Assembly: GCA_027451365.1 (NCBI GenBank)
Contig: DAIDJN010000009.1
Span: 1-27,523 of the forward strand
DNA length: 27,523 nucleotides
Direction: 5' to 3'
From: Phycisphaerales bacterium
GTDB lineage: Bacteria > Planctomycetota > Phycisphaerae > WQYP01
Shown piece by piece: positions 18,001 to 26,646 of this stretch. The notes under the pieces were generated by a model, which had not been told where the DNA came from, ran no database searches, and worked only from the letters and a program-made list of their open reading frames with translations. The position numbers were made by a program, and so were the translations under genes. The number at the start of each line of letters is the position of its first letter. The stretch's first letter is position 1.

Positions 18001-18598
18001 AATCACATCCGTCCTTATTTCGCTGTTGCTGATTGTGGCTTATGTCTGGATACGATTCGGCGGAATTCGTTACGGTTTCGGTGTCATTTTCTCATTATGT
18101 CATGATGCGATTGTGGCCGTTGCGGCCACGGTTCTGGCGGTTTATATCCATCATCTGGGTGTGGGCAAACTGCTGCTGGTGGACAATTTTAAAATTAATA
18201 TGACTATGATTGCCGCCTACCTGACCATCATCGGGTACAGCGTGAATGACACAATTGTGATCTTTGACCGCGTACGTGAAAACCGCGGGCGGGCCAGGCA
18301 GCCGCTGACGCGCAAACTGGTGAATGATTCCATTAACCAGTGCTTTGGTCGGACAATCTGGACCACCTTCACGGTATTTGTCGTCGTATTCATTCTGTAT
18401 GTATGGGGCGGTCCTGGTGTGCACGGCTTTGCCTTTGCCATGCTCATCGGCGTGTTCACTGGTGCCTACAGCACCCTGGCAATTGCTTCCCCCATGCTGC
18501 TGCATGTGAAGGATCCGGCCACGCGGACAGATCCGGCGACGCTGGCTGTGTTTGATAGTGGCCGGAATGCACCAGATGCGCCCGTCAAGGTGGAATAA
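15086..18598 (+). CDS. secDF: fused protein translocase SecDF
   Basis: [36 protein letters not shown], EFNGG and [18 protein letters not shown]; 1170 aa. Confidence 0.97.
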   Translation: [1170 protein letters not shown]

Positions 18599-18601
18599 CC
18601 G

Positions 18602-19237
18602 ATGAAGATACACATGAACACCGGCGGCCTGGCGGCCACCAACGGATATCTGATTTCCGATGAAGCGGCGGGTATTGCCGTGGCCGTTGATGCTCCGCAG
18701 AACACCATGGCGCCACTGCTGAATATTGCCAGCCACAATAACTGGAAACTTACCCACCTGCTTCTTACGCACGGACATTGGGACCACACGAGTGATCACA
18801 AAGTAATTACCGACGCGTTTCCCGATGCCAAAGTGCTGATTCACCGCCTGGATGAACCAAAACTGTTGCACCCGGGCAGCAAACTGTTTCCTTTGCCTTA
18901 TACCATTCCCGCGCGCCATGCCGATGGCTACCTGGAGGACGGGCAGGTGATTACAGTGGGTAAACTGGAATTCACGGTCATGTTCACACCGGGTCATTCA
19001 CCGGGACATGTGGTGTTATATTGTGCAACTGAAAACCTGCTGATGGCCGGCGACCTGCTTTTTGCCGGGTCGGTGGGCCGCACGGATTTACCTGATTCCA
19101 GCCGGACTGCCATGGCGGGTTCACTTAAACGGGTGATGGCGTTGCCCGATGACACCGTGGTGCGATCCGGCCACGGGCCGCCAACCACGATTGGCGAGGA
19201 ACGCCGCTCCAATCCGTATCTTCAGATGCCGATGTGA
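18602..19237 (+). CDS. MBL-fold metallo-hydrolase (glyoxalase II/YcbL-like)
   Basis: THGHWDH, TPGHSPG, GDLLFAGSVGRTD, GHG and TTIGEERRSNP. Confidence 0.93.
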   Translation: MKIHMNTGGLAATNGYLISDEAAGIAVAVDAPQNTMAPLLNIASHNNWKLTHLLLTHGHWDHTSDHKVITDAFPDAKVLIHRLDEPKLLHPGSKLFPLPYTIPARHADGYLEDGQVITVGKLEFTVMFTPGHSPGHVVLYCATENLLMAGDLLFAGSVGRTDLPDSSRTAMAGSLKRVMALPDDTVVRSGHGPPTTIGEERRSNPYLQMPM

Positions 19238-19256
19238 CGCGCCGATACGTAGCCGC

Positions 19257-19757
19257 CTACGGCTCTTTTGTATTGTCTGATTTGCCGCGAGCTGGAACAA
19301 TTTGCAGCAGTTCCCTTCCCGGTGATCCTCCCAGAATATCCTGCACGATGATCTCGATCGCCTGGCGCTGGACGCGCCACACAAATAATTCGCCCACCTG
19401 ATGAAGCGGAACCCAACGGTGTGCGTCGTGTTCGGAATTCAGTTTGACTTTTGCATTCGCCGCCGCCATGGCGGCAAATACCGGCAGCAGCGTCACGCGG
19501 TCTTTGGTCTGGTGGTAAAATCCTTCCAGATATTCCACCTGATGCATGAGCCGGGGCGCCAGTCCGGTTTCCTCGGTCAGTTCGCGCTGTGCGGCCGCAA
19601 TGGCGGTCTCTCCCTTTTTGATGCCGCCATAAACCGTCTGCCACGAACCGGCATAATCGCCGGACGAAGCGGACCGGTGAAGCTGCAGAAACTGGGGGCC
19701 TGAGTTTACAATCCTATATACATATACAGCTATACGGTTGGCTTTCACACGGGCCAT
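19257..19757 (-). CDS. NUDIX hydrolase (NudB-like)
   Basis: Nudix box GGIKKGETAIAAAQRELTEETGL, plus LNSEHD. Confidence 0.88.
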   Translation of the reverse strand: MARVKANRIAVYVYRIVNSGPQFLQLHRSASSGDYAGSWQTVYGGIKKGETAIAAAQRELTEETGLAPRLMHQVEYLEGFYHQTKDRVTLLPVFAAMAAANAKVKLNSEHDAHRWVPLHQVGELFVWRVQRQAIEIIVQDILGGSPGRELLQIVPARGKSDNTKEP

Positions 19758-19784
19758 GGGGCGTTGTCCTTTCAATCCTTACGA

Positions 19785-21044
19785 TTACACATGCCGCGGG
19801 GTGGCAAGCTGAAACGATCCATCCGCGTTGCGGCGCACCAGTCCGCGAATCTGCAGAAATGTCATCTCCGCCATGACCACGCCCGCAGGCAGAAGGCTGC
19901 TTTCGCACAGGTCGTCGGTCGCCATGGCCCCATCCACAAGCAATCCCATGATGGTACGCTGCGGCGGACTTAACTCCGTCTCCGTCACTGTGTGCGATGC
20001 CGGTACCCGTGTATCTGCCCGCTGTCGCTTTGCCGGGCGACCGGGGGCCACGGGCGGCGTTTCGGCGAAAAGTCCACCGGCAGGACGGCGTTGCGGTTCG
20101 GCAGCCGCTGCGGGCGCGGTGGGCGCGCCGCCAAGAAGTTCAGCCTGACCGAGTGCCTCAAGAATGTCCTGGACATTTTCCACCAGCCGGGCCGAGCCGG
20201 TCTTGATTAAATGATGTGTGCCGCTGCTTGCCGCGGAATCCACGCGGCCGGGAAGGGCGAATACCTCACGGCCATAATCATCGGCCGCCAGACGGGCGGT
20301 AATCAGGGAACCGCTGCGCAAATTGGCCTCCACCACAAGTATACCCAGCGACATGCCCGTAATAATGCGATTTCGCGGTGGAAAATTTTCCGGCAGTGGC
20401 GGCTGACCCGGCGCAAGTTCACTCAGGATACAGCCGCGGTCCTCACGCACGATTCGGTCATAAAGGTCCACATTCTCCGGTGGATAACAGTGCTCCAGCC
20501 CGCAGCCTTGTATCACGATGGTGCGCCCGCCGGCGCGCAAGGCGCCAGTATGGCTGGCGGTATCAATGCCGCGGGCACCCCCGCTGATTATCGTGACGCC
20601 AAGTTCCGCCAGTGCGGCGGCGAATTTATCGCTTTGCTCGCGGCCGTAAAGCGTACAACGGCGCGCACCCACAATTCCCACCGCCAGGGCGTCCCGCCGC
20701 AGCAGCCGACCCCGCAGATACAGTACCACCGGTGGATCGGGAATGGTCGTCAGACCGGGCGGCCATTCAGCATCGTCCGGGCAGATAATGCGAATATCGC
20801 GCTGGCGGGCCTCTTCAAGTATCGCACGGGAGTCAATGGTCCGCAGCTTTTCCGGTAAGGATGCCGCCCGTCCTGGACCTATTCCATCCACGGCGGCAAG
20901 CTCCGGCGGCGTGGCGTGGATGACCTTTTCCACATTGCCCAGAATGCCGACCAGTCGCCGGGCCAGAATTGGACCGATTCCTTCGCAGCGGGACAGGGCG
21001 ATCCAGGCAAGAAGCGCTGCGGTTGGCTGGTTTATCTGGTTCAT
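19785..21044 (-). CDS. dprA: DNA processing protein DprA
   Basis: IPDPP, IVGAR, ISGGARGID, FPPRNRII, VVEA..RSGSLITA, GREVFALPG and a C-terminal winged helix. Confidence 0.96.
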   Translation of the reverse strand: MNQINQPTAALLAWIALSRCEGIGPILARRLVGILGNVEKVIHATPPELAAVDGIGPGRAASLPEKLRTIDSRAILEEARQRDIRIICPDDAEWPPGLTTIPDPPVVLYLRGRLLRRDALAVGIVGARRCTLYGREQSDKFAAALAELGVTIISGGARGIDTASHTGALRAGGRTIVIQGCGLEHCYPPENVDLYDRIVREDRGCILSELAPGQPPLPENFPPRNRIITGMSLGILVVEANLRSGSLITARLAADDYGREVFALPGRVDSAASSGTHHLIKTGSARLVENVQDILEALGQAELLGGAPTAPAAAAEPQRRPAGGLFAETPPVAPGRPAKRQRADTRVPASHTVTETELSPPQRTIMGLLVDGAMATDDLCESSLLPAGVVMAEMTFLQIRGLVRRNADGSFQLATPRHV

Positions 21045-22171
21045 GGGGCGATTCCGGCCGGGCCACCGCCGATGTATTCAAGCGCGGGCCGAACATATTG
21101 TATATCAATATCTGTAAATATGTCCGCGTGGCCGATCCGGGTCGGCAGAATAAATCGCATGGCTCCCTGCCGCACTTTTTTATCGCTGCGCATCGCGTCC
21201 ATTATGACAGGAATGGGCACCGCGGCCTGTTGGGCGGCGCTTCTGCGCACCGGCAGTCCGGCCCGCGCGATAAGTGATTCAAGCTCCATCGCTTCCCGCG
21301 GGCTGAAAATTCCACGGTTCGCCGCCATGCGGCCCGCGGCCACCATTCCCAGCGCCACGGCCTGTCCGTGTGGCAGGCCCTGATAGCCGGCGGTGGTTTC
21401 CATCGCATGGCCGAAGGTGTGGCCGAAGTTCAAAATGGCCCGCACGCCATGTTCAAAAGGATCATCCATCACCACAGCCGCCTTGATGCGCACATTCCAC
21501 TCGACAAGTTTGGTCAGCGCCTCAGCATTGCGGCGCAGAATCAGGTCAAGATTTTTCGTCAGCCAGGTAAAAAGTTCCGCATCACGTATAACGGCATGTT
21601 TGATACATTCGGCCAGGCCGCACTGCAGTTCCAGGTCCGGCAGGCTGGCCAGCAGGGCGGTATCCGCCATGACCATGCGCGGATGATGAAACGCGCCGAT
21701 CAGGTTTTTGCCGGCCGGATGGTCTACGCCGACCTTGCCGCCGACGCTGGCATCCACCGCCGCCAGAAGCGTGGTGGGAACCTGAATGAAAGGGAGGCCG
21801 CGCAGCATGGTCGCGGCTACGAACCCCGCCATATCGCCCACGACTCCACCCCCCAAGGCAATCACAGGACTGGCCCGTTCCAGACGCGCGTGTAGAAAGG
21901 TGTCCAGCGCGCTGGCTATGGTGGAAAGGTTTTTGCTTGGTTCGCCCGCAGGGAAAACAAATTCCGTAACCGCATAGCCCGCATGTTCCAGCGAATCCGT
22001 GGCCGCTCTTAAATAAAGTGGCGCTACATTGGAATCCGACATTATGCCGCACGATGGCGCGGGTGAAAGTGTATGAACCATGCGGCCAAGCTGCCCGAAA
22101 ATTCCATGGCCCACATGCACGTCGTAACGCGTATCTTCAAACGGCGGAAGATGAATGGGAACATTCGGCAT
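21041..22171 (-). CDS. aroB: 3-dehydroquinate synthase
   Basis: GEPSK, ALGGGVVGDMAGF, PTTLLAAVDASVGGK, LNFGHTFGHA and HGQAVALGM. Confidence 0.97.
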   Translation of the reverse strand: MPNVPIHLPPFEDTRYDVHVGHGIFGQLGRMVHTLSPAPSCGIMSDSNVAPLYLRAATDSLEHAGYAVTEFVFPAGEPSKNLSTIASALDTFLHARLERASPVIALGGGVVGDMAGFVAATMLRGLPFIQVPTTLLAAVDASVGGKVGVDHPAGKNLIGAFHHPRMVMADTALLASLPDLELQCGLAECIKHAVIRDAELFTWLTKNLDLILRRNAEALTKLVEWNVRIKAAVVMDDPFEHGVRAILNFGHTFGHAMETTAGYQGLPHGQAVALGMVAAGRMAANRGIFSPREAMELESLIARAGLPVRRSAAQQAAVPIPVIMDAMRSDKKVRQGAMRFILPTRIGHADIFTDIDIQYVRPALEYIGGGPAGIAP

Positions 22172-22388
22172 GGGAAGAATTTTAGCGGAAAATCAACATC
22201 TGGCCAGTCCGCTGGAATTTGCCGCCAAAGCTGATGTATCCGACATAGTTGGATTGTCTTTCCGGCGGACAAAATTCCCGCGGCATCATTGGATAACATG
22301 GTTTATTGCCTTGGCCAATCGCAAAAAGACAATATAAAAAACTGGCCGAGAATAAAAAAAGGATATATTTCATAACCCCCTTGTACGC

Positions 22389-22424
22389 TTGATGTTAGGG
22401 AATTGTTTGTTATACTACCAAACA
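22389..22424 (+). promoter_or_regulatory. promoter with overlapping inverted repeat (candidate operator) upstream of hypothetical ORF-lexA
   Basis: TTGATG-N16-TATACT with a TG extension. TGTTTG-N9-CAAACA brackets the -10 box. Confidence 0.5.
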
Positions 22425-22617
22425 GACGCCGTACAGAAAGGCTCATGAATTCCTTCCTGGCGGTCCGAATATGTATATAACCGGCACACCCGGCGTAACC
22501 GGCATTTTTGAGTTGGCCACATGGAACGTGGCTGCCGGATGCCAAAGTTTTTGGATCCGCCGTGGGCCGCAGGCCCGCATTGGATTTGAAAAAGAATCTG
22601 GAAAGGAGTCCCTGATT

Positions 22618-23826
22618 ATGGTTACCGCTTCCCGCTTAAACCTTGAAAATTCACGTTCCCATTACATCAGTCAGGTCAGACCCGAACCTTCCGCGACTTT
22701 GCGCGCCGGCCAGAAAAACAATGGCGACCACCGCTCGCCCGCACCGCTGCGGCCGGACACCCGGGAGTCAGCTTCGCTGGCACCGGCAGATTCCCGGCCG
22801 GTCGGCCGTTTTCGTACTGGTCGGGTTCCGGCGGGCCTAACCGTGTCGAAAATCAATACTGCTCGCCTGGTAAAACCGGGTTCGCCCTGGAGCTATCCGC
22901 TTAAGAAAGCCCAATTGCCGCTGTGCAGTTTCGGTCCCGGCGGCGATTACATTGTGGACTGGTATCCACAAAACTACCGCCCCACAATATTTGATGATCA
23001 ACCCGCGCAGCCGCGGCAGGTGATGGGCCGCTTTGCCCTGCTTATGGCAGAATTGCGCGACTGGCTGCTGGGCATTCATCCTGGCCGGCAAGTGCGTTCA
23101 GAATCGCACCCGGACCATCTGGAACCATGCGCCGCCTGCGGCCAGCACGATTCCTGGTCGCCGTGGACCCGCGACCATCGCCGGGCGGAAGCGGGTCTTC
23201 CTGCGGCGGCTTATCGATCTGTTTCTGTACAGACAACTGCAGATTCTGTTGTCCCGACAGGACTTGGCGCCACCACCGAACCAGCCGCGGCCGTCGCCGC
23301 CCTGGCGAATCATCTGAAATCCGAGGCGCAACCAGAATTGGCCACTCCGGCCGAAAGGCCAATCGCAAATCCGGAAATCAGCACGGCTGCCACAATTATT
23401 TCAGAATGCCCTGCAGTTGCCGCGCCGGAAGTTGGCCCGCTGGAACCGCTGAAAATCGACATTGCCACCGCCCCGATAGCCGCGCGGATTGCCGCCCCGG
23501 CACCCGCCCCGATTGCAACACTGAAAAGAAACCCGATTGCCGACTTGGCGGATCTGATTCCTCCGAGCATTCCATTTCCCGGTCCTTTACATCTGGAGAC
23601 GCCGCATGACACCCACTCCCAAACAGTTGGCGGTAATGACCGCCATTCGCAATTATCGCCTCAGACTGGGCTTTTCGCCGACAATGCAGGAACTGGCCGA
23701 CGAACTGGGCGTGTCCAAGGTAACAGTATTCGAACACGTTCAGGCCCTGTCCGCAAAAAAGCTGGTGCAGCGGTCGGCACACCGGGCACGCTCTTTGACT
23801 CTGTCACCCGGGGTGAAGCTGCCTGA
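22618..23826 (+). CDS. hypothetical Pro/Ala-rich protein overlapping lexA
   Basis: RBS AAGGAG before ATG 22618 and a 402-codon open frame. The last 221 nt overlap lexA in another frame. Confidence 0.5.
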   Translation: MVTASRLNLENSRSHYISQVRPEPSATLRAGQKNNGDHRSPAPLRPDTRESASLAPADSRPVGRFRTGRVPAGLTVSKINTARLVKPGSPWSYPLKKAQLPLCSFGPGGDYIVDWYPQNYRPTIFDDQPAQPRQVMGRFALLMAELRDWLLGIHPGRQVRSESHPDHLEPCAACGQHDSWSPWTRDHRRAEAGLPAAAYRSVSVQTTADSVVPTGLGATTEPAAAVAALANHLKSEAQPELATPAERPIANPEISTAATIISECPAVAAPEVGPLEPLKIDIATAPIAARIAAPAPAPIATLKRNPIADLADLIPPSIPFPGPLHLETPHDTHSQTVGGNDRHSQLSPQTGLFADNAGTGRRTGRVQGNSIRTRSGPVRKKAGAAVGTPGTLFDSVTRGEAA

Positions 23827-24223
23827 CGAAACCACCCGTTCAAGTTCCCTGCCCCTGGTTGGTTCCATTGCAGCCGGGCGGCCGATTGAAGCCGTTGAAT
23901 TTCCCGATCGTGTTAATCTGGAAGAACTGTTTGCAACCCAACGCGGAACGTATGCCCTGCGCGTTCGCGGCGATTCCATGATAGAAGCTCATATTGCCGA
24001 TGGCGATATGGTTATTATTGAACAGCGCTCCGTTGCCCGGGCCGGCGAAATTGTGGTGGCGCTTCTGCCCGACGGCACTGCCACACTGAAGCGTTTTTTC
24101 AAGGAAAAAGACCGGGTTCGCTTGGAACCGGCAAACAGTTCGCTTGAACCCATTTATGTTCAGGGAGATTTAAAAATTCAGGGTGTGGTGATCGGCGTTT
24201 TGCGGTCCTATGCGGCGGCATAA
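23606..24223 (+). CDS. lexA: SOS repressor LexA
   Basis: N-terminal wHTH (SPTMQELA...), Ala-Gly cleavage site in GSIAAGRP, catalytic Ser in GDSM and Lys in TLKR. Confidence 0.96.
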   Translation: MTPTPKQLAVMTAIRNYRLRLGFSPTMQELADELGVSKVTVFEHVQALSAKKLVQRSAHRARSLTLSPGVKLPDETTRSSSLPLVGSIAAGRPIEAVEFPDRVNLEELFATQRGTYALRVRGDSMIEAHIADGDMVIIEQRSVARAGEIVVALLPDGTATLKRFFKEKDRVRLEPANSSLEPIYVQGDLKIQGVVIGVLRSYAAA

Positions 24224-24320
24224 AGCCGCATGGCCGTTGCCTCCAGTGTCTTCAGGGGCCGCAACACAACAGTGATTTCCAGTGTTTTTAACCAAAGTGA
24301 GAACAATTTTGTGTCGTCGC

Positions 24321-24348
24321 TTGACATATTCTGATATAGGGATATAAT
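24321..24348 (+). promoter_or_regulatory. consensus sigma70 promoter with embedded ArsR-type operator, copy 1
   Basis: TTGACA-N16-TATAAT containing ATATTCTGATATAGGGATAT, nearly repeated at 25639-25666. Confidence 0.8.
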
Positions 24349-24354
24349 GTCAGT

Positions 24355-24486
24355 ATGAATCGAATCGCCATCATCCGATTTAACGTCTGCAACGCACCCG
24401 TTGCCGGATTCTATCCGCGGTCCGTGGTGCGGTATGTCGGGTTTGGCCGGAGATTCGGGACTTTTTCGGAAATCAGTTTTATTTGA
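24355..24486 (+). CDS. possible leaderless 43-aa small ORF
   Basis: ATG 6 nt after TATAAT, the same geometry as the arsR start. It reads MNRIAIIRFNVCNAPVAGFYPRSVVRYVGFGRRFGTFSEISFI* and stops at the DUF899 RBS. Confidence 0.35.
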   Translation: MNRIAIIRFNVCNAPVAGFYPRSVVRYVGFGRRFGTFSEISFI

Positions 24487-24502
24487 AAGAAGGATTCAAT
24501 TT

Positions 24503-25222
24503 ATGAACGCAAAAGAGCAGCCAGTGATTAAATTTCCAAAAATCGTCGATCAGGCCGAATGGCAGAAAGCGCGTGACGCCATTTTGATAAAAGAAAAAGC
24601 GGCCACACGAGCGCGTGACGCGTTGGCCGCCGAGCGTCGGCGCCTTCCGATGGTTCGGATTGACAAGAGTTACGAGTTTACCGGTGCCGGTGGTAAACTG
24701 ACCTTGCTGGATTTATTCGAAGGTCGGCGCCAGCTGATAATGTATCATTTTATGTTTGCGCCTTCGGTGGCCGGCTGGCCGGACGCCGGATGTGTGGGTT
24801 GTTCGATGGTGACCGATCAGTTTGGGAACGTGGAGCATCTGTACGCACGTGACACTTCGTTTTGTCTGGTGTCCCGCGCGCCTATTTCGAATATTGAAAA
24901 ATACCGGAAACGAATGGGGTGGCCGTACCCGTGGTACTCCTCAGAAGGATCGGATTTTAATGCGGACTTCGGTCGTACAACCAGCAAAGGTGAAAACTTC
25001 GGCTTAAGCGTCTTTATTCATGACAATAAATTCGTCTATCGAACCTATTTCACAGACGGGCGCGGCACCGAGGGATTGAATATCGGAACACTTCTGGATC
25101 TCACGCCCCTGGGCCGACAGGAGGAATGGGAGGAATCGCCGGCCGGTGGCCTGCGGACCAAACCTTTTGCCTGGTGGCGCCGCCATGATGAATACGGGCA
25201 TCACACCGGAGGATCGCAATAA
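24503..25222 (+). CDS. DUF899 family thioredoxin-like protein
   Basis: RDALAAERRRLPMV, LLDLFEGRRQLIMYHFMF, GCVGCS, LDLTPLGRQEEWE and WWRRHDEY. Confidence 0.92.
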   Translation: MNAKEQPVIKFPKIVDQAEWQKARDAILIKEKAATRARDALAAERRRLPMVRIDKSYEFTGAGGKLTLLDLFEGRRQLIMYHFMFAPSVAGWPDAGCVGCSMVTDQFGNVEHLYARDTSFCLVSRAPISNIEKYRKRMGWPYPWYSSEGSDFNADFGRTTSKGENFGLSVFIHDNKFVYRTYFTDGRGTEGLNIGTLLDLTPLGRQEEWEESPAGGLRTKPFAWWRRHDEYGHHTGGSQ

Positions 25223-25533
25223 TGGGTAACTGTCCACTATGCAATCTTGACTCTGCGCCTGGTTCAAATCGGGCCAAACGACTCCGAATGGGCCTTCGTC
25301 GCGCGTGGCGCGGCATTCAATGGCTGTTTCCCGCGGCACTTCTGGTGTTAATGCCTAAATGCCCGCTTTGCGTGGTGGCCTATGTCGCATTATTCACCGG
25401 CATCGGGATTGGAATTACAACGGCGCGCTGGATTCAAATTGGAATGCTTGTGTTATGCCTTTCGTCGTTGGTATATCTGACGGTCACATACTGGCGGGGC
25501 CGATCAAGCTCCCGCGGATCTTCAGTTTCTTGA
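25222..25533 (+). CDS. small membrane protein with PKCPxC motif
   Basis: TAATG coupling to DUF899, LMPKCPLCVVAY motif and hydrophobic segments. Confidence 0.75.
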   Translation: MGNCPLCNLDSAPGSNRAKRLRMGLRRAWRGIQWLFPAALLVLMPKCPLCVVAYVALFTGIGIGITTARWIQIGMLVLCLSSLVYLTVTYWRGRSSSRGSSVS

Positions 25534-25638
25534 TAGATGCCTGGTATTTTCCGGAATGTGGATGAAATCGCGGCCGCCGGATTCTTCCGCGGCGTAATGA
25601 AGCCGGGTATCGCCTTTACTGAGAAAAAAGTTAACTGC

Positions 25639-25666
25639 TTGATATATGCCAATAAAGGGATATAAT
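25639..25666 (+). promoter_or_regulatory. promoter/operator copy 2, leaderless arsR promoter
   Basis: TTGATA-N16-TATAAT containing ATATGCCAATAAAGGGATAT, with ATG 6 nt downstream. Confidence 0.8.
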
Positions 25667-25672
25667 GTGCTC

Positions 25673-26047
25673 ATGGCTCGAACTCCCACAACTTTTGATG
25701 TGTTTAACGCCGTGGCTGAGCCGCGGCGCCGCGAAGTGCTGGCCGTCCTGGCCTCCGGTGAACAGCCGGTGAATGATATTGTTGCCGCACTCGGCTGGCC
25801 GCAACCGCAGGTGTCAAAGCATCTGCGCGTGTTGCATCAGGTCGGGTTGGTAACATCGCGCCGCAATGGCCGCCAGCGGCTGTACAGTGTAGACGGATCG
25901 CGTGTCAAACCTATTTATGACTGGGCCGCGACCTTTGAACGGTATTGGCAACATCAGTTATTGGGCATAAAAAAGCGGGCCGAACAGATGGCCAAACTCA
26001 CGATTCCATCTGCGGGACGTTCCCGCGGTGATGGTCACAACAATTAA
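25673..26047 (+). CDS. ArsR/SmtB family transcriptional regulator
   Basis: DVFNAVAEPRRREVL...QPQVSKHLRVL..VGLV..RRNGRQRLY. Confidence 0.93.
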   Translation: MARTPTTFDVFNAVAEPRRREVLAVLASGEQPVNDIVAALGWPQPQVSKHLRVLHQVGLVTSRRNGRQRLYSVDGSRVKPIYDWAATFERYWQHQLLGIKKRAEQMAKLTIPSAGRSRGDGHNN

Positions 26048-26058
26048 CAGGAGCGCAC

Positions 26059-26505
26059 ATGGTAGCCAGTGTAATTGCGGAAGAATTTCTTTTGCAGATT
26101 CAGAAGGAAATCGATATTGCCGCCCGGCCGCCGGTGGTATTTGAGTCGATTCTGGAACAAATCGGGCCGGGTGCCGACCTGCCGGACGGTTCAGCCATGC
26201 CAATGGTCATCGAACCTTGGCCCGGCGGGCGCTGGTACCGCGACCTTGGCCACAACGCCGGACATTTCTGGGGTCACGTTCAGGTCATTAAGCCGCCGCA
26301 GTTGCTGGAAATAACCGGTCCGATGTTCATGTCCTATCCGGTGGTATCTCATGTGCAATACCGCTTGACGCCTCAGGGGAATGGCACGCGGCTGGTGCTT
26401 CTGCACCGTGCCATGGGAACCATTTCACCTGAGCATCGGGCTGGCGTGAACAAAGGCTGGGAACATATACTGGCCGGCATTCAGCGACGGGCCATTAAAC
26501 CATAA
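26059..26505 (+). CDS. SRPBCC/AHSA1 domain protein
   Basis: EIDIAA.P..VF, EPWPGGRWYRDLG, and the C-terminal GW helix. RBS CAGGAG. Confidence 0.88.
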   Translation: MVASVIAEEFLLQIQKEIDIAARPPVVFESILEQIGPGADLPDGSAMPMVIEPWPGGRWYRDLGHNAGHFWGHVQVIKPPQLLEITGPMFMSYPVVSHVQYRLTPQGNGTRLVLLHRAMGTISPEHRAGVNKGWEHILAGIQRRAIKP

Positions 26506-26646
26506 ACGGCGCGATGCAATCCCGTTTTCCTGGTAACCGGCTTGCAACGCATTTTTCCTTGCGGGGTTTGTTCCGGCGAAACCGGCTTCTATCGCATTTT
26601 CATCAGGCCAATCAGTCTTGGCGGGTCTTTTTATAAGGAGTTTCTA

